Below are positions 1 to 8,076 of a stretch of DNA of 64,000 nt, in pieces. Origin of the DNA: Patescibacteria group bacterium (GTDB taxonomy: Bacteria > Patescibacteriota > Minisyncoccia > 2-02-FULL-40-12 > GWA2-44-9); contig JBBTSY010000004.1 of assembly GCA_038064515.1 (NCBI GenBank), positions 96,585 to 160,584 on the forward strand, written 5' to 3'. Each line of letters begins with the position of its first letter. Position 1 is the first letter of the stretch. The notes under the pieces were generated by a model. The model was not told the DNA's origin and ran no database searches. It saw nothing but the letters and a program-made list of their open reading frames with translations. Both the position numbers and the translations under genes were made by a program.

Positions 1-1018
1 TATGCGTAAAGGTCCACTTAGTCTCCCCACCAGAGGCGGATCCTTGCCCGCCGGATTTGGCAGGCGCGGCGCCTTCGGCGGAGAAGAATGGAAAATCGAT
101 TATCCAGCAGAATGCCAACAGGTTAGGATTATTTTTATCCTTACGAAGATCCGGTCGTTCGGTCTGATATTGTCCCATTGCTTCTTTATAGGAGAACTTC
201 GGAAATGGAATCTCTTGGATTTCCTTTTCGGGATAAAGCTCTTTCACAAGAGCGATGAGAAGAGTCTCATTAAGGGCCATTACATCCTCTCGTTCAACAA
301 AGCTCATTTCTATATCGAGCTGGGTAAATTCTGGTTGACGGTCGCCGCGCGTATCTTCATCACGAAAACAGCGGGCAAATTGGAAATACCGTTCAATCCC
401 CGCCGACATGAGAAGCTGTTTGTACTGTTGCGGCGATTGTGGCAATGCATAAAACTTCCCAGAATAGAGCCGTGATGGCACTACATAATCGCGCGCGCCC
501 TCCGGTGTAGATTTTGTTAAAATAGGAGTTTCGACTTCAATAAATTTATTTTCTGATAACCAATTGCGGATAAAAAGCTGAGTTTTGTGCCGCATCGTCA
601 TATTATGCGCTAAGCGGCTACGGCGCAAATCAATATAGCGATATTGCATCCGCTTTTCTTCTCCAACCTCATAACCATCGGTATCAAGCGAAAATGGGGG
701 CGTCAGCGCTTCATTGAGCACTTCCAGCTCCAAAGGCTCAAGCTCTACTGATCCAGTAGGGATGTCGGCATTCACCATTTTCTCCGGCCGTAGCTTAATT
801 GTTCCCTTGATGCGAACTACCCATTCGGAACGGAGCTCAGCGGCGGTTTCGTACTCTTCTTGAGAAGGAGTAAAAACAACCTGAATCACGCCAGTACGGT
901 CGCGAAGATCGATAAAAATAATCTTGCCATGGTCGCGCCGGTTTGCCACCCAGCCGTACAGATCAACTTCCTGACCCACTCGATCCGGAGTATTAATAAT
1001 AGATAGTTCTTTCGCCAT
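1..1018 (-). CDS. aspS: Aspartyl-tRNA synthetase, N-terminal ~339 codons. The gene starts at the ATG at 1018 and runs off the left edge of the window, so the 3' end is missing.
   Basis: My own minus-strand translation from the ATG at 1018-1016 gives MAKELSIINTPDRVGQEVDLYGWV... and later ...ARCFRDEDTRGDRQPEFTQLDIEMSF, the class II aaRS (AspRS) motif-2 region. It is absent from the ORF track because there is no stop codon inside the window. Confidence 0.8.
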   Translation of the reverse strand, partial: MAKELSIINTPDRVGQEVDLYGWVANRRDHGKIIFIDLRDRTGVIQVVFTPSQEEYETAAELRSEWVVRIKGTIKLRPEKMVNADIPTGSVELEPLELEVLNEALTPPFSLDTDGYEVGEEKRMQYRYIDLRRSRLAHNMTMRHKTQLFIRNWLSENKFIEVETPILTKSTPEGARDYVVPSRLYSGKFYALPQSPQQYKQLLMSAGIERYFQFARCFRDEDTRGDRQPEFTQLDIEMSFVEREDVMALNETLLIALVKELYPEKEIQEIPFPKFSYKEAMGQYQTERPDLRKDKNNPNLLAFCWIIDFPFFSAEGAAPAKSGGQGSASGGETKWTFTH

Positions 1019-1049
1019 AATCAGGGGTATATTAGCACAAAATTTCCGA

Positions 1050-1081
1050 AAGAGAAACCGGAGATAATCTCCGGTTTCTCT
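1050..1081 (-). terminator. Perfect 13-bp hairpin (agagaaaccggag-ataat-ctccggtttctct) between the aspS start and the tRNA 3' end. It has a T-rich run following it on the minus strand. Likely an intrinsic terminator for the tRNA/GIY-YIG transcript.
   Basis: Seen directly in the sequence. Position is 7-38 nt downstream of the tRNA 3' end on the minus strand. Confidence 0.4.
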
Positions 1082-1087
1082 CGTATG

Positions 1088-1160
1088 TGCGCCCACCAGG
1101 ACTCGAACCTGGGACCTTCTCCTTAAAAGGGAGCAGCTCTACCAACTGAGCTATGGGCGC
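1088..1160 (-). tRNA. tRNA-Lys: tRNA-Lys, anticodon TTT (UUU), 73 nt, no encoded CCA.
   Basis: The reverse complement folds as a cloverleaf: acceptor GCGCCCA/TGGGCGC, D-arm GCTC-AGTTGGTA-GAGC, anticodon loop CTTTTAA (anticodon TTT), T-arm CCAGG-TTCGAGT-CCTGG, discriminator A. Confidence 0.8.
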
Positions 1161-1411
1161 ATTCTTATAAATCCTTCATCAACCATCTTCTCAATGTAAT
1201 CCTTCCTCTTTAGTTTTTTCAATTTTCTTTCCACGCTTCTCGCCTCAACCAACGTATCATACTCCTGACTTAAGACTAGACGCAGTCTACCTAACCTCTT
1301 TGTTGATGGAGTATATCCTCCTAAGTGGTGTTTTAGCCTTTCATCCAAATTTTCCGTACTACCAATGTAATACCTATTATATTCACTTTTAAGTATGTAG
1401 ACGTAATACAT
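1151..1411 (-). CDS. GIY-YIG (URI-domain) nuclease-family small protein, 86 aa. Its last three codons and stop (ATG CGC CCA TAG = MRP*) are supplied by the 5' end of the tRNA-Lys gene.
   Basis: Translation MYYVYILKSEYNRYYIGSTENLDERLKHH shows the GIY-(x10)-YIG motif with the conserved R/H/E/N. Confidence 0.7.
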   Translation of the reverse strand: MYYVYILKSEYNRYYIGSTENLDERLKHHLGGYTPSTKRLGRLRLVLSQEYDTLVEARSVERKLKKLKRKDYIEKMVDEGFIRMRP

Positions 1412-1537
1412 CGAACTGAGTCCCGACGCTCGAAGAGGTCGGGACCCCGACTTATCGTCGGGGCTATGGGCGCGTAATCCGGAGCTATATTAGCAGGAAA
1501 AACCTATTTCTTCAACACACGAAAACAATTTAAATCC

Positions 1538-3106
1538 TTATTTATTATGAAGTGCTTCATCTAGAAGCCGTTTGAGTTCGGCCGAATCAACTTCTTTCCT
1601 GGGACGCTCTTCTTTTTTATCCTCTCTTGCGGGAAGTTTCTTGCCTTTGAAATCCACCGGTTCGGCAGCCAGCATATTGCCCAGTGTCGCGTGTTCAGAT
1701 TGAGGAGGCTTTGATACCTGACGTTCTTGGCGCGGTCGTTGATCATACGATCTTTCAGGGCGAGGCCTTCTCGGCGGCATATCACGAGTATTGCGTTCAC
1801 GAGGCGATGAAGACACCATTAATGGTTCCCGCCATTTCGCGATAACTCCCTCCACTTCGGCTCGGGGTTTTCCATACGCCTTTTGGGAAGCTTGGATAAC
1901 CTGTGTTCGAGGACTTACTGGCAGTGGCGCGATAGTATCCATCGTTCTTGCGGAAAATGCATGTGATGCTATGCCGTCAATCATCAGTTTTAAATAAATC
2001 TCCCGCTTGCCGAGATCCACAATATTCTGGACAACAAATTCAGGAGCAAATTCTTTTTCCAGCAACTCGGCATCTTCCGCTCCGACGCGGAATGAAATAA
2101 TACTGCCCACGTTGCCAAATACCGCGTCGGAGACGGCTTCATCCATCTGCGCTATGTATTGATGCGCAACCACCAGGCTCAAGTTGAATTTTCGAGCTTC
2201 AGACAGGATGTTTGCGAATGAAGCAGTGGCAAAATTCTGAAATTCATCTACGACAAGTATAAAGTCTTTTCGTTCATTCCGCGGAATATCAACGCGAGAC
2301 ATAGCGGCAAGCTGGATTTTAGTAATAAGCAGGCCGCCGAGTAATCGAGAAGCATCTTCTCCCATTCTCCCTTTCGAAAGGTTTAAGAGGATAATCTTCT
2401 GCTGATCCATCGCTTCGCGCATATCGAAAGAGGATTTAGACTGACCGACAATATTGCGCACGAGCGTATTAGAAACAAATTGTCCGATTTTATTTTGGAT
2501 GGCAGCTGTTGCTTCGGTGGCGAATTTTTCAGTATACTGGGCAAATTCTTGTTCCCAGAATGCTTTTACTTCGGGGTCTTTCACTTGATCTACGACCCAC
2601 TTGCGATAGCTTTTCTCCGCAAACATACGGTTAATACCGAGTAATGTGGATTCGGGTACTTCCAACAACGCCAAGATCGTATAATTCAGAATATACTCCA
2701 TGCGAGCTGACCACAAATCAATCCAAAGCTTTTTGAATACAGCCATAATTCCATCCGTAACTAAGTGTCTTTTATCGGGATCAACCGATTCCATAACATT
2801 GAAAGCAATCGGATATTCCATGTCCGCCGGATTAATGTAAATAACGTCCTTGATGCGGTGCTCGGGAATATAGTCCAGCAGATCTTCCACCGGATCGCCG
2901 TGCGGATCAATAAATGCCAACCCCCGTCCATCTTGGATATCCTGAATTGCGATGTTTTTCAGCAGTTCCGACTTCCCCATGCCTGTTTTACCGATGATGT
3001 ACATGTGCCGGCGACGATCATCCATTTTAATGCCGAAGGTCACGTCCTTATTGCGGAAGTTTGTTTTACCGAACAGAATGATTGGATTGTCGATTTCTTG
3101 TGCCAT
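1538..3106 (-). CDS. TraD/VirD4/HerA-like (DUF87-type) P-loop NTPase with a basic, Pro/Arg-rich C-terminal tail. Looks like a type IV coupling-protein-like ATPase.
   Basis: Walker A IIGKTGMGKSE followed by FIDPHGD, and Walker B ILVVDEFQNF. Total length 522 aa with a disordered RPRPERSYDQRPRQERQ tail. Confidence 0.55.
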   Translation of the reverse strand: MAQEIDNPIILFGKTNFRNKDVTFGIKMDDRRRHMYIIGKTGMGKSELLKNIAIQDIQDGRGLAFIDPHGDPVEDLLDYIPEHRIKDVIYINPADMEYPIAFNVMESVDPDKRHLVTDGIMAVFKKLWIDLWSARMEYILNYTILALLEVPESTLLGINRMFAEKSYRKWVVDQVKDPEVKAFWEQEFAQYTEKFATEATAAIQNKIGQFVSNTLVRNIVGQSKSSFDMREAMDQQKIILLNLSKGRMGEDASRLLGGLLITKIQLAAMSRVDIPRNERKDFILVVDEFQNFATASFANILSEARKFNLSLVVAHQYIAQMDEAVSDAVFGNVGSIISFRVGAEDAELLEKEFAPEFVVQNIVDLGKREIYLKLMIDGIASHAFSARTMDTIAPLPVSPRTQVIQASQKAYGKPRAEVEGVIAKWREPLMVSSSPRERNTRDMPPRRPRPERSYDQRPRQERQVSKPPQSEHATLGNMLAAEPVDFKGKKLPAREDKKEERPRKEVDSAELKRLLDEALHNK

Positions 3107-3112
3107 GGCGTG

Positions 3113-4393
3113 TTATAGAATTGGAAGGCCTGCGGGCGGCTGGGATTTCTTTGCTTCGACGCGCGGGAAGAGCGGCGCTTTTACGTTAATCCCTGGCAGA
3201 TGAAATAACGTCGCTATTTCTTCGGTACTTAAAATCACCAGCTCTTTAAACTCCCGGGCACGAGCACGCTTGTACATATCGATCTTGCGCTTATACTCCT
3301 CTTGCGATTTCATAAACCCGTTATTTGAAGGGAATAGCCAGGCAAAGTATCCATCGGGGCTGGTGCTGGTAGCTTTGTTCGGTTTAAAAGTGTTTAAGTT
3401 ATTCGAATAGAGCTGTTTAAACATCCCAATCACATTGGAAACGCGGGAACGATTAAAGATATCTTTTTTGGCGATATAGATTAATCGCGGGGTCACTTTG
3501 AACGCAAGCTTAAAGGCTTTGTTTTCGACTTGATCAAGGGTAAACTTTTGACCCGTTGTCAACTTTTGGATGGAAAATTCTTTTTCTTCTTTTTTTACAG
3601 GCTCGCCGGATGCGAATCCAACGAGGCTAAAAACACCGTCTAAGATTTTTTCCAGGAAATTAAGTTTTGCCGGTGGCGGAGTCTTCCCGGCCAACTTAGC
3701 AACCTCCGCCTCAAAGTCCTTTGTCCAATCTCCGCCGGTAGGACGCGCGACATATTGCATCCACATATATTCTCCGGAACCCAGGGAACTTAGCACTTCC
3801 GCTAACGGCGCCAGGGGATCCGTTCGTTTGAATTCGTCTTTCCCTGATTCTTCTTCGAAAAATGGATAGGTTTTAATCGGAAAGGCATCTGATTTTGTAA
3901 ATACCAGTTCAGCGCCGAACATATCATACTCATCGTTGGGAATCTTGGCGGGAAGCTGTTGCATATAGTCTTCCGCAACGGATATTTCCGCATCAGGATA
4001 CTGCGCAAAGATCTGAGTTTCCACGATATTTCGGTTGTCCTCAAGCGTACGGATATAAAATCTGACGTCACCCTGATTGCCGGCGATTTCAAAGCTGTAC
4101 CAATCCGGTACTTTGCCTTCAAAGAACTGCTTTTTTTCGGTAAGAGGCTTGGCATATACGCCATGCAAGCCCGAAAAGAAATTTTCTGCTATTTTAGGAC
4201 TCTTCTCAACATCCGGCGGCGGTTTCACTTCAAGCACGACCCATTTCAACGAGGTAAGATACGCCGTCCGAATATAATTTTTCCAAATATGAACCACGCC
4301 GACCGCAAGAAGGACAGGCCAGTAAAGCCACCAATACGATATGGCAATGAAAAATGCATTGCGAATGCCATCGAACAAAGGGTAGAAATCCAT
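3113..4393 (-). CDS. Membrane-anchored hypothetical protein (N-terminal TM hairpin plus a large soluble domain). It lies 6 nt downstream of the ATPase and is its likely operon partner.
   Basis: N-terminus MDFYPLFDGIRNAFFIAISYWWLYWPVLLAVGVVHIW is hydrophobic. Gene packing is tight. No family recognised. Confidence 0.45.
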   Translation of the reverse strand: MDFYPLFDGIRNAFFIAISYWWLYWPVLLAVGVVHIWKNYIRTAYLTSLKWVVLEVKPPPDVEKSPKIAENFFSGLHGVYAKPLTEKKQFFEGKVPDWYSFEIAGNQGDVRFYIRTLEDNRNIVETQIFAQYPDAEISVAEDYMQQLPAKIPNDEYDMFGAELVFTKSDAFPIKTYPFFEEESGKDEFKRTDPLAPLAEVLSSLGSGEYMWMQYVARPTGGDWTKDFEAEVAKLAGKTPPPAKLNFLEKILDGVFSLVGFASGEPVKKEEKEFSIQKLTTGQKFTLDQVENKAFKLAFKVTPRLIYIAKKDIFNRSRVSNVIGMFKQLYSNNLNTFKPNKATSTSPDGYFAWLFPSNNGFMKSQEEYKRKIDMYKRARAREFKELVILSTEEIATLFHLPGINVKAPLFPRVEAKKSQPPAGLPIL

Positions 4394-4449
4394 TATTCCC
4401 AGTATACCGAAAAAATCCGTAAAAAACTAGAACCTATTTCAATGGGTTC

Positions 4450-5514
4450 TTACGCTTTTCGGAGTGCGTACGTTCCGTCTTCGTTTTTTACGAAGTGAGT
4501 ATTGTCTTGGAGATTCAAAAGAATGGTGTTCTCTTTAACCATGCGTGCGTCCATGACGCGCGCCACGAGATCACTCTTTGCCAAAGGATGGGCAGAGTTG
4601 CGGAGAATATCTACAAGCACCTCTTTAACGGTTCCTGACTTATAACCCCATTCGGCAAGAGCATACATGCCGCGGCCCACGAGCACGAAGCGATTATCCT
4701 TAATCAGTTCGTTATGGACGGTCTGGATATTTACCGATTTCTGATCATTGAAATTGGCAGTATTGATGAGTTTAGCGATATCGGCAAAATGACGGGCTTC
4801 GCCTTCTTTTTTCATAATAAGATAGGCTTTATCGCGAACGCCCTTTGGCCTCACTTCGGGCCACGTAGCCAAACCAACTTCTTTAAAGATGTTCCTGGAA
4901 AGATCCTTGGAGATTGCCATGCACGCAGTAAGTTGTTTTTCTGAAAAGTCTGGGCCATTTGAGGCTACGACGCCTTGTTCAAGGGCAAAGTTGTAAACCT
5001 GCTGTTCCGATACAACCGCGCCTTTCTTTCCGAAAGCGGCGGTAAGAGAGTTAATGACCCGGTGGAGCTGATCAGATTTTTTCTGATCGATCGCCCAAAA
5101 AACATGATAATGATCATTCTCGTCGAATTTTACGAGTTCCTTATTGAAGGTAAGGATAAACGACAAAGAAGCATTTATTGCATCGTACTTCTCGGTGCCG
5201 CTGAACGCGTTGAAAAGATCTCGCTCCTTCATGATGCCACCCTCCTTGGATAATATAGCCTTGATAGCGCTTATATATTTCAGGACATCTTTGTGGTCGC
5301 CCGTTGATTTTGCGAGTTGAGTAAGCGTCGATTCTTCAATCTGCCGGACGCGCTCTCGAGTGATGCTGTAGCTCTGGCCGATAGACTCAAGCGTTTCACG
5401 CTTGCCATTTTGAAGACCAAAACGCCGAGTAACAATATCTCGGTTTCGTTCGGAGAGAGGTTTGATAATACTGGCTATCGTGGCTCTTAATGTTTTGAGG
5501 TCTTGTTTGTTCAT
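4450..5514 (-). CDS. Putative transcription regulator: a sigma-70 region-4-like HTH (N-terminal) fused to a C-terminal HARE-HTH domain. The start is taken as the ATG at 5514; the ORF track alternative is a GTG at 5526.
   Basis: LSERNRDIVTRRFGLQNGKRETLESIGQSYSITRERVRQIEESTLTQL resembles sigma70 region 4. C-terminus ...EARHFADIAKLINTANFNDQKSVNIQTVHNELIKDNRFVLVGRGMYALAEW resembles HARE-HTH. Confidence 0.5.
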   Translation of the reverse strand: MNKQDLKTLRATIASIIKPLSERNRDIVTRRFGLQNGKRETLESIGQSYSITRERVRQIEESTLTQLAKSTGDHKDVLKYISAIKAILSKEGGIMKERDLFNAFSGTEKYDAINASLSFILTFNKELVKFDENDHYHVFWAIDQKKSDQLHRVINSLTAAFGKKGAVVSEQQVYNFALEQGVVASNGPDFSEKQLTACMAISKDLSRNIFKEVGLATWPEVRPKGVRDKAYLIMKKEGEARHFADIAKLINTANFNDQKSVNIQTVHNELIKDNRFVLVGRGMYALAEWGYKSGTVKEVLVDILRNSAHPLAKSDLVARVMDARMVKENTILLNLQDNTHFVKNEDGTYALRKA

Positions 5515-5653
5515 CCTTACACTCACTTAGCATTTGTGGCTTGCCCGTTCGTCTAGCTAGGGGTACCACGCCTGATAGTGAAAACTTAGTTACTTTTTTA
5601 TATAGTATTGACCGCCACACTCCAGAACGCGATGCTAAGTGAGTGTGAGGATT
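5512..5653 (-). promoter_or_regulatory. Conserved ~140-nt leader element (copy 1). A 19-bp long-range inverted repeat (1 mismatch) encloses ~98 nt. The proximal arm GTGAGTGTAAGG abuts the ATG of the regulator gene.
   Basis: Arms are 5515-5533 ccttacactcacttagcat and 5632-5650 atgctaagtgagtgtgagg. A second copy with compensatory arm changes is at 59228-59373. Confidence 0.5.
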
Positions 5654-5710
5654 CATCTCGTTAAATTACCCGTAAGAAAACAATATCATTAATACCGAAT
5701 TAAGTCAAAT

Positions 5711-6607
5711 CTACCCCGCTCGACGGCGTGACCACCAGACTAATATCGGCGACGCAACCGCAATGGAGGAAAAGGCGCCGAGCGAGATCCCCAAGATCAA
5801 TGCCAGTGCAAAATATTTCACACTCTCACCGCCAAAAAAGTAGATTGTTACCAACGATAATAGGGTCGTAAGGGTGGTGTTTAATGAGCGCACCAGCGTC
5901 TGCATAATGCTTTGGTGCACTACTTCGCTGAATTGCTCCTTCGAGCCCCCGCGCAGTATATTCTCACGAACACGGTCAAAAATTACCACAGTATCGGAAA
6001 TTGAATAGCCCAAAATCGTAAGTACTGCCGCTACGAAGACGGCACTAATTTCTACGCCTTTATATGCGCCCAGCCAGGCGAAAATTCCCATGGGAATAAC
6101 GAGATCATGGATCAACGCAATGATCGCCGCCGCACCCATCACCCACGCTGGTAAAACTCTGCCTAATTTTTTAAACACGAAGGTAATATAGAGACTGATA
6201 GCGACAAGCACGACAATAATTGCCGTAATACTCTTGTTCTTGAGCTCATTACCAATCAATGGACCGACAGAATCAAACCGCTTTTCCGTTGTGTCCGTAT
6301 TCAGAAACGCTTTTTTTAGAATTGCTAGGATATCTTGATGATCTTTTTCGGAAAGTTCTCCGCTTTTGATGATTATTTCCGAATCACCCACGGGTGATAC
6401 ACCCGCATCTTTCACGTTCGCGATATTGGACTCGTTAAGAATTTTTGCAACTTCCGCAGTAGCCGGACGCTGGGTGAAGTCTAATTCCAAGACGCTACCG
6501 CCCTTAAAATCAACCCCGAAATTAAACCCATATGCGGCCAACGAAATAATTGAAGCCACCACCATGACTACGGAAAGGCTGAAAAGAATTTTATAGATAG
6601 GTCTCAT
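5711..6607 (-). CDS. secF: Protein translocase subunit SecF.
   Basis: 298 aa, multi-TM. Begins MRPIYKILFSLSVVMVVASIISLAAYGFNFGVDFKGGSV and lies immediately downstream of secD. Confidence 0.85.
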   Translation of the reverse strand: MRPIYKILFSLSVVMVVASIISLAAYGFNFGVDFKGGSVLELDFTQRPATAEVAKILNESNIANVKDAGVSPVGDSEIIIKSGELSEKDHQDILAILKKAFLNTDTTEKRFDSVGPLIGNELKNKSITAIIVVLVAISLYITFVFKKLGRVLPAWVMGAAAIIALIHDLVIPMGIFAWLGAYKGVEISAVFVAAVLTILGYSISDTVVIFDRVRENILRGGSKEQFSEVVHQSIMQTLVRSLNTTLTTLLSLVTIYFFGGESVKYFALALILGISLGAFSSIAVASPILVWWSRRRAG

Positions 6608-6616
6608 GATAATCGT

Positions 6617-7942
6617 TTAGCCAAACAGCCATTTAAACCGCTCAAATCTCGGCCCGGAAAACAACTGCAAAAACGATCGAGTCACGATTGTAGCAGTCAG
6701 TAAACTCGTCACAACGCCAATACCGAGTGTTAGGGCAAATCCTTTCACGATCGAACTCGTGAATAAATATAGTCCGGCGGCGCCTATGAGCGTGGTCACA
6801 TGACTATCACGAATAGCAAGCCAGGCGCGATGAAATCCTTCCCGAATCGACTGCTGAAGTGACCGGCCGGCAGCTAATTCTTCCCTCATGCGCGCAAAAA
6901 TCAAGACATTGGCATCCACGGCAATACCCAGCGACAAAATAAATCCAGCAATGCCAGCCAGCGTCAATGTTACCGGAATTAATTTATAAAACATGAGCAC
7001 GATTAACACGTATACCATTAATGCGACGACGGACAAGATACCTGGCAAACGATAGAAAAGGATCATGAATAACGCTACGAGAATAAATCCGTACATTCCG
7101 GCTTTCAAGCTTTTCTCCAACGACTCGGCTCCCAATGAAGCGCCGATCGTCTGCTGTGAAACAAGCTTAATGGGCACCGGTAAGGCGCCAGAATTCAAGC
7201 GGGTCGCCAAAAGCTTAGCTTCATTCGGATTGAAATTGCCGCTGATGACCGCATTGCCGTTAGTGATGGCGGATTGCACCACCGGTATGCTGATGGGGAA
7301 TCCATCCAGATAAATTGCAACCAGCTTTCCAATATTGCGTTGCGTAATTTCTCCAAACAGCTTCGTTCCCTCTTCATTGAGCTCTAAACTCACTTGGGGC
7401 TGATAGGTTTGAGGGTCAAATACTACTTGGGCACGCTTTATGTGGCGCCCGTTAAGACCGGTGGTTTGAAATGGATCCTCGTTGAGTCGCTGGCCCTGAC
7501 CTTGCGCCTCTAAAATTGCCCGTGTATCTGTTTTCTCTTCCCGAAACTCCAAAAACGGAGTTTCGCCGATAAGTTGAATGGCCCGATTTACATCCTGAAT
7601 ACCGGCAAGCTCTACGATAAGACGATCATTGCCGCTTACTTGCACGATTGGTTCGGCAACACCGAATATATTCACGCGTCGCTCAATAACATCGCGGATG
7701 CCGGCCATAGCTTGGTCGGGAGCTTCGCTTACTGCGGAAAGATCAGCCTGGTACACCAAGTGCGTCCCGCCGAGAAGGTCCAACCCTAGCCGAAACGGCA
7801 CATTTTTCACGTGCGGGAGATCAAGAGAGAATTTATTATTGGCCGCATCAACGCCTTTATTGACATATTGGGGGGCGATAAATGTAAAGAGTGCGAGAGA
7901 GACGAGAATAATCGCTGTTAGAATAAATCCGTTGTTTCTCAT
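6617..7942 (-). CDS. secD: Protein translocase subunit SecD.
   Basis: 441 aa with a periplasmic domain and a C-terminal 6-TM region (…LDLLGGTHLVYQ…, …GIAVDANVLIFARMREE…). Confidence 0.85.
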   Translation of the reverse strand: MRNNGFILTAIILVSLALFTFIAPQYVNKGVDAANNKFSLDLPHVKNVPFRLGLDLLGGTHLVYQADLSAVSEAPDQAMAGIRDVIERRVNIFGVAEPIVQVSGNDRLIVELAGIQDVNRAIQLIGETPFLEFREEKTDTRAILEAQGQGQRLNEDPFQTTGLNGRHIKRAQVVFDPQTYQPQVSLELNEEGTKLFGEITQRNIGKLVAIYLDGFPISIPVVQSAITNGNAVISGNFNPNEAKLLATRLNSGALPVPIKLVSQQTIGASLGAESLEKSLKAGMYGFILVALFMILFYRLPGILSVVALMVYVLIVLMFYKLIPVTLTLAGIAGFILSLGIAVDANVLIFARMREELAAGRSLQQSIREGFHRAWLAIRDSHVTTLIGAAGLYLFTSSIVKGFALTLGIGVVTSLLTATIVTRSFLQLFSGPRFERFKWLFG

Positions 7943-8076
7943 GATGAAATTGACTTCTAGATTAAATCATAATACTTTAACCCATGCAAGAAACGTTCGC
8001 TCCCCGCACGAACTCGTGACGTCTTCGCTGAACTACTTCGAATGAGGCTGGGAAAAGAAAGCGCAAAGTCTGACTA

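Noticed and set aside
2-475. 157-aa ORF on the plus strand at the window start.
   Set aside because: It is antisense to the clearly recognisable aspS reading frame, which runs through this region on the minus strand, and it has no recognisable features.
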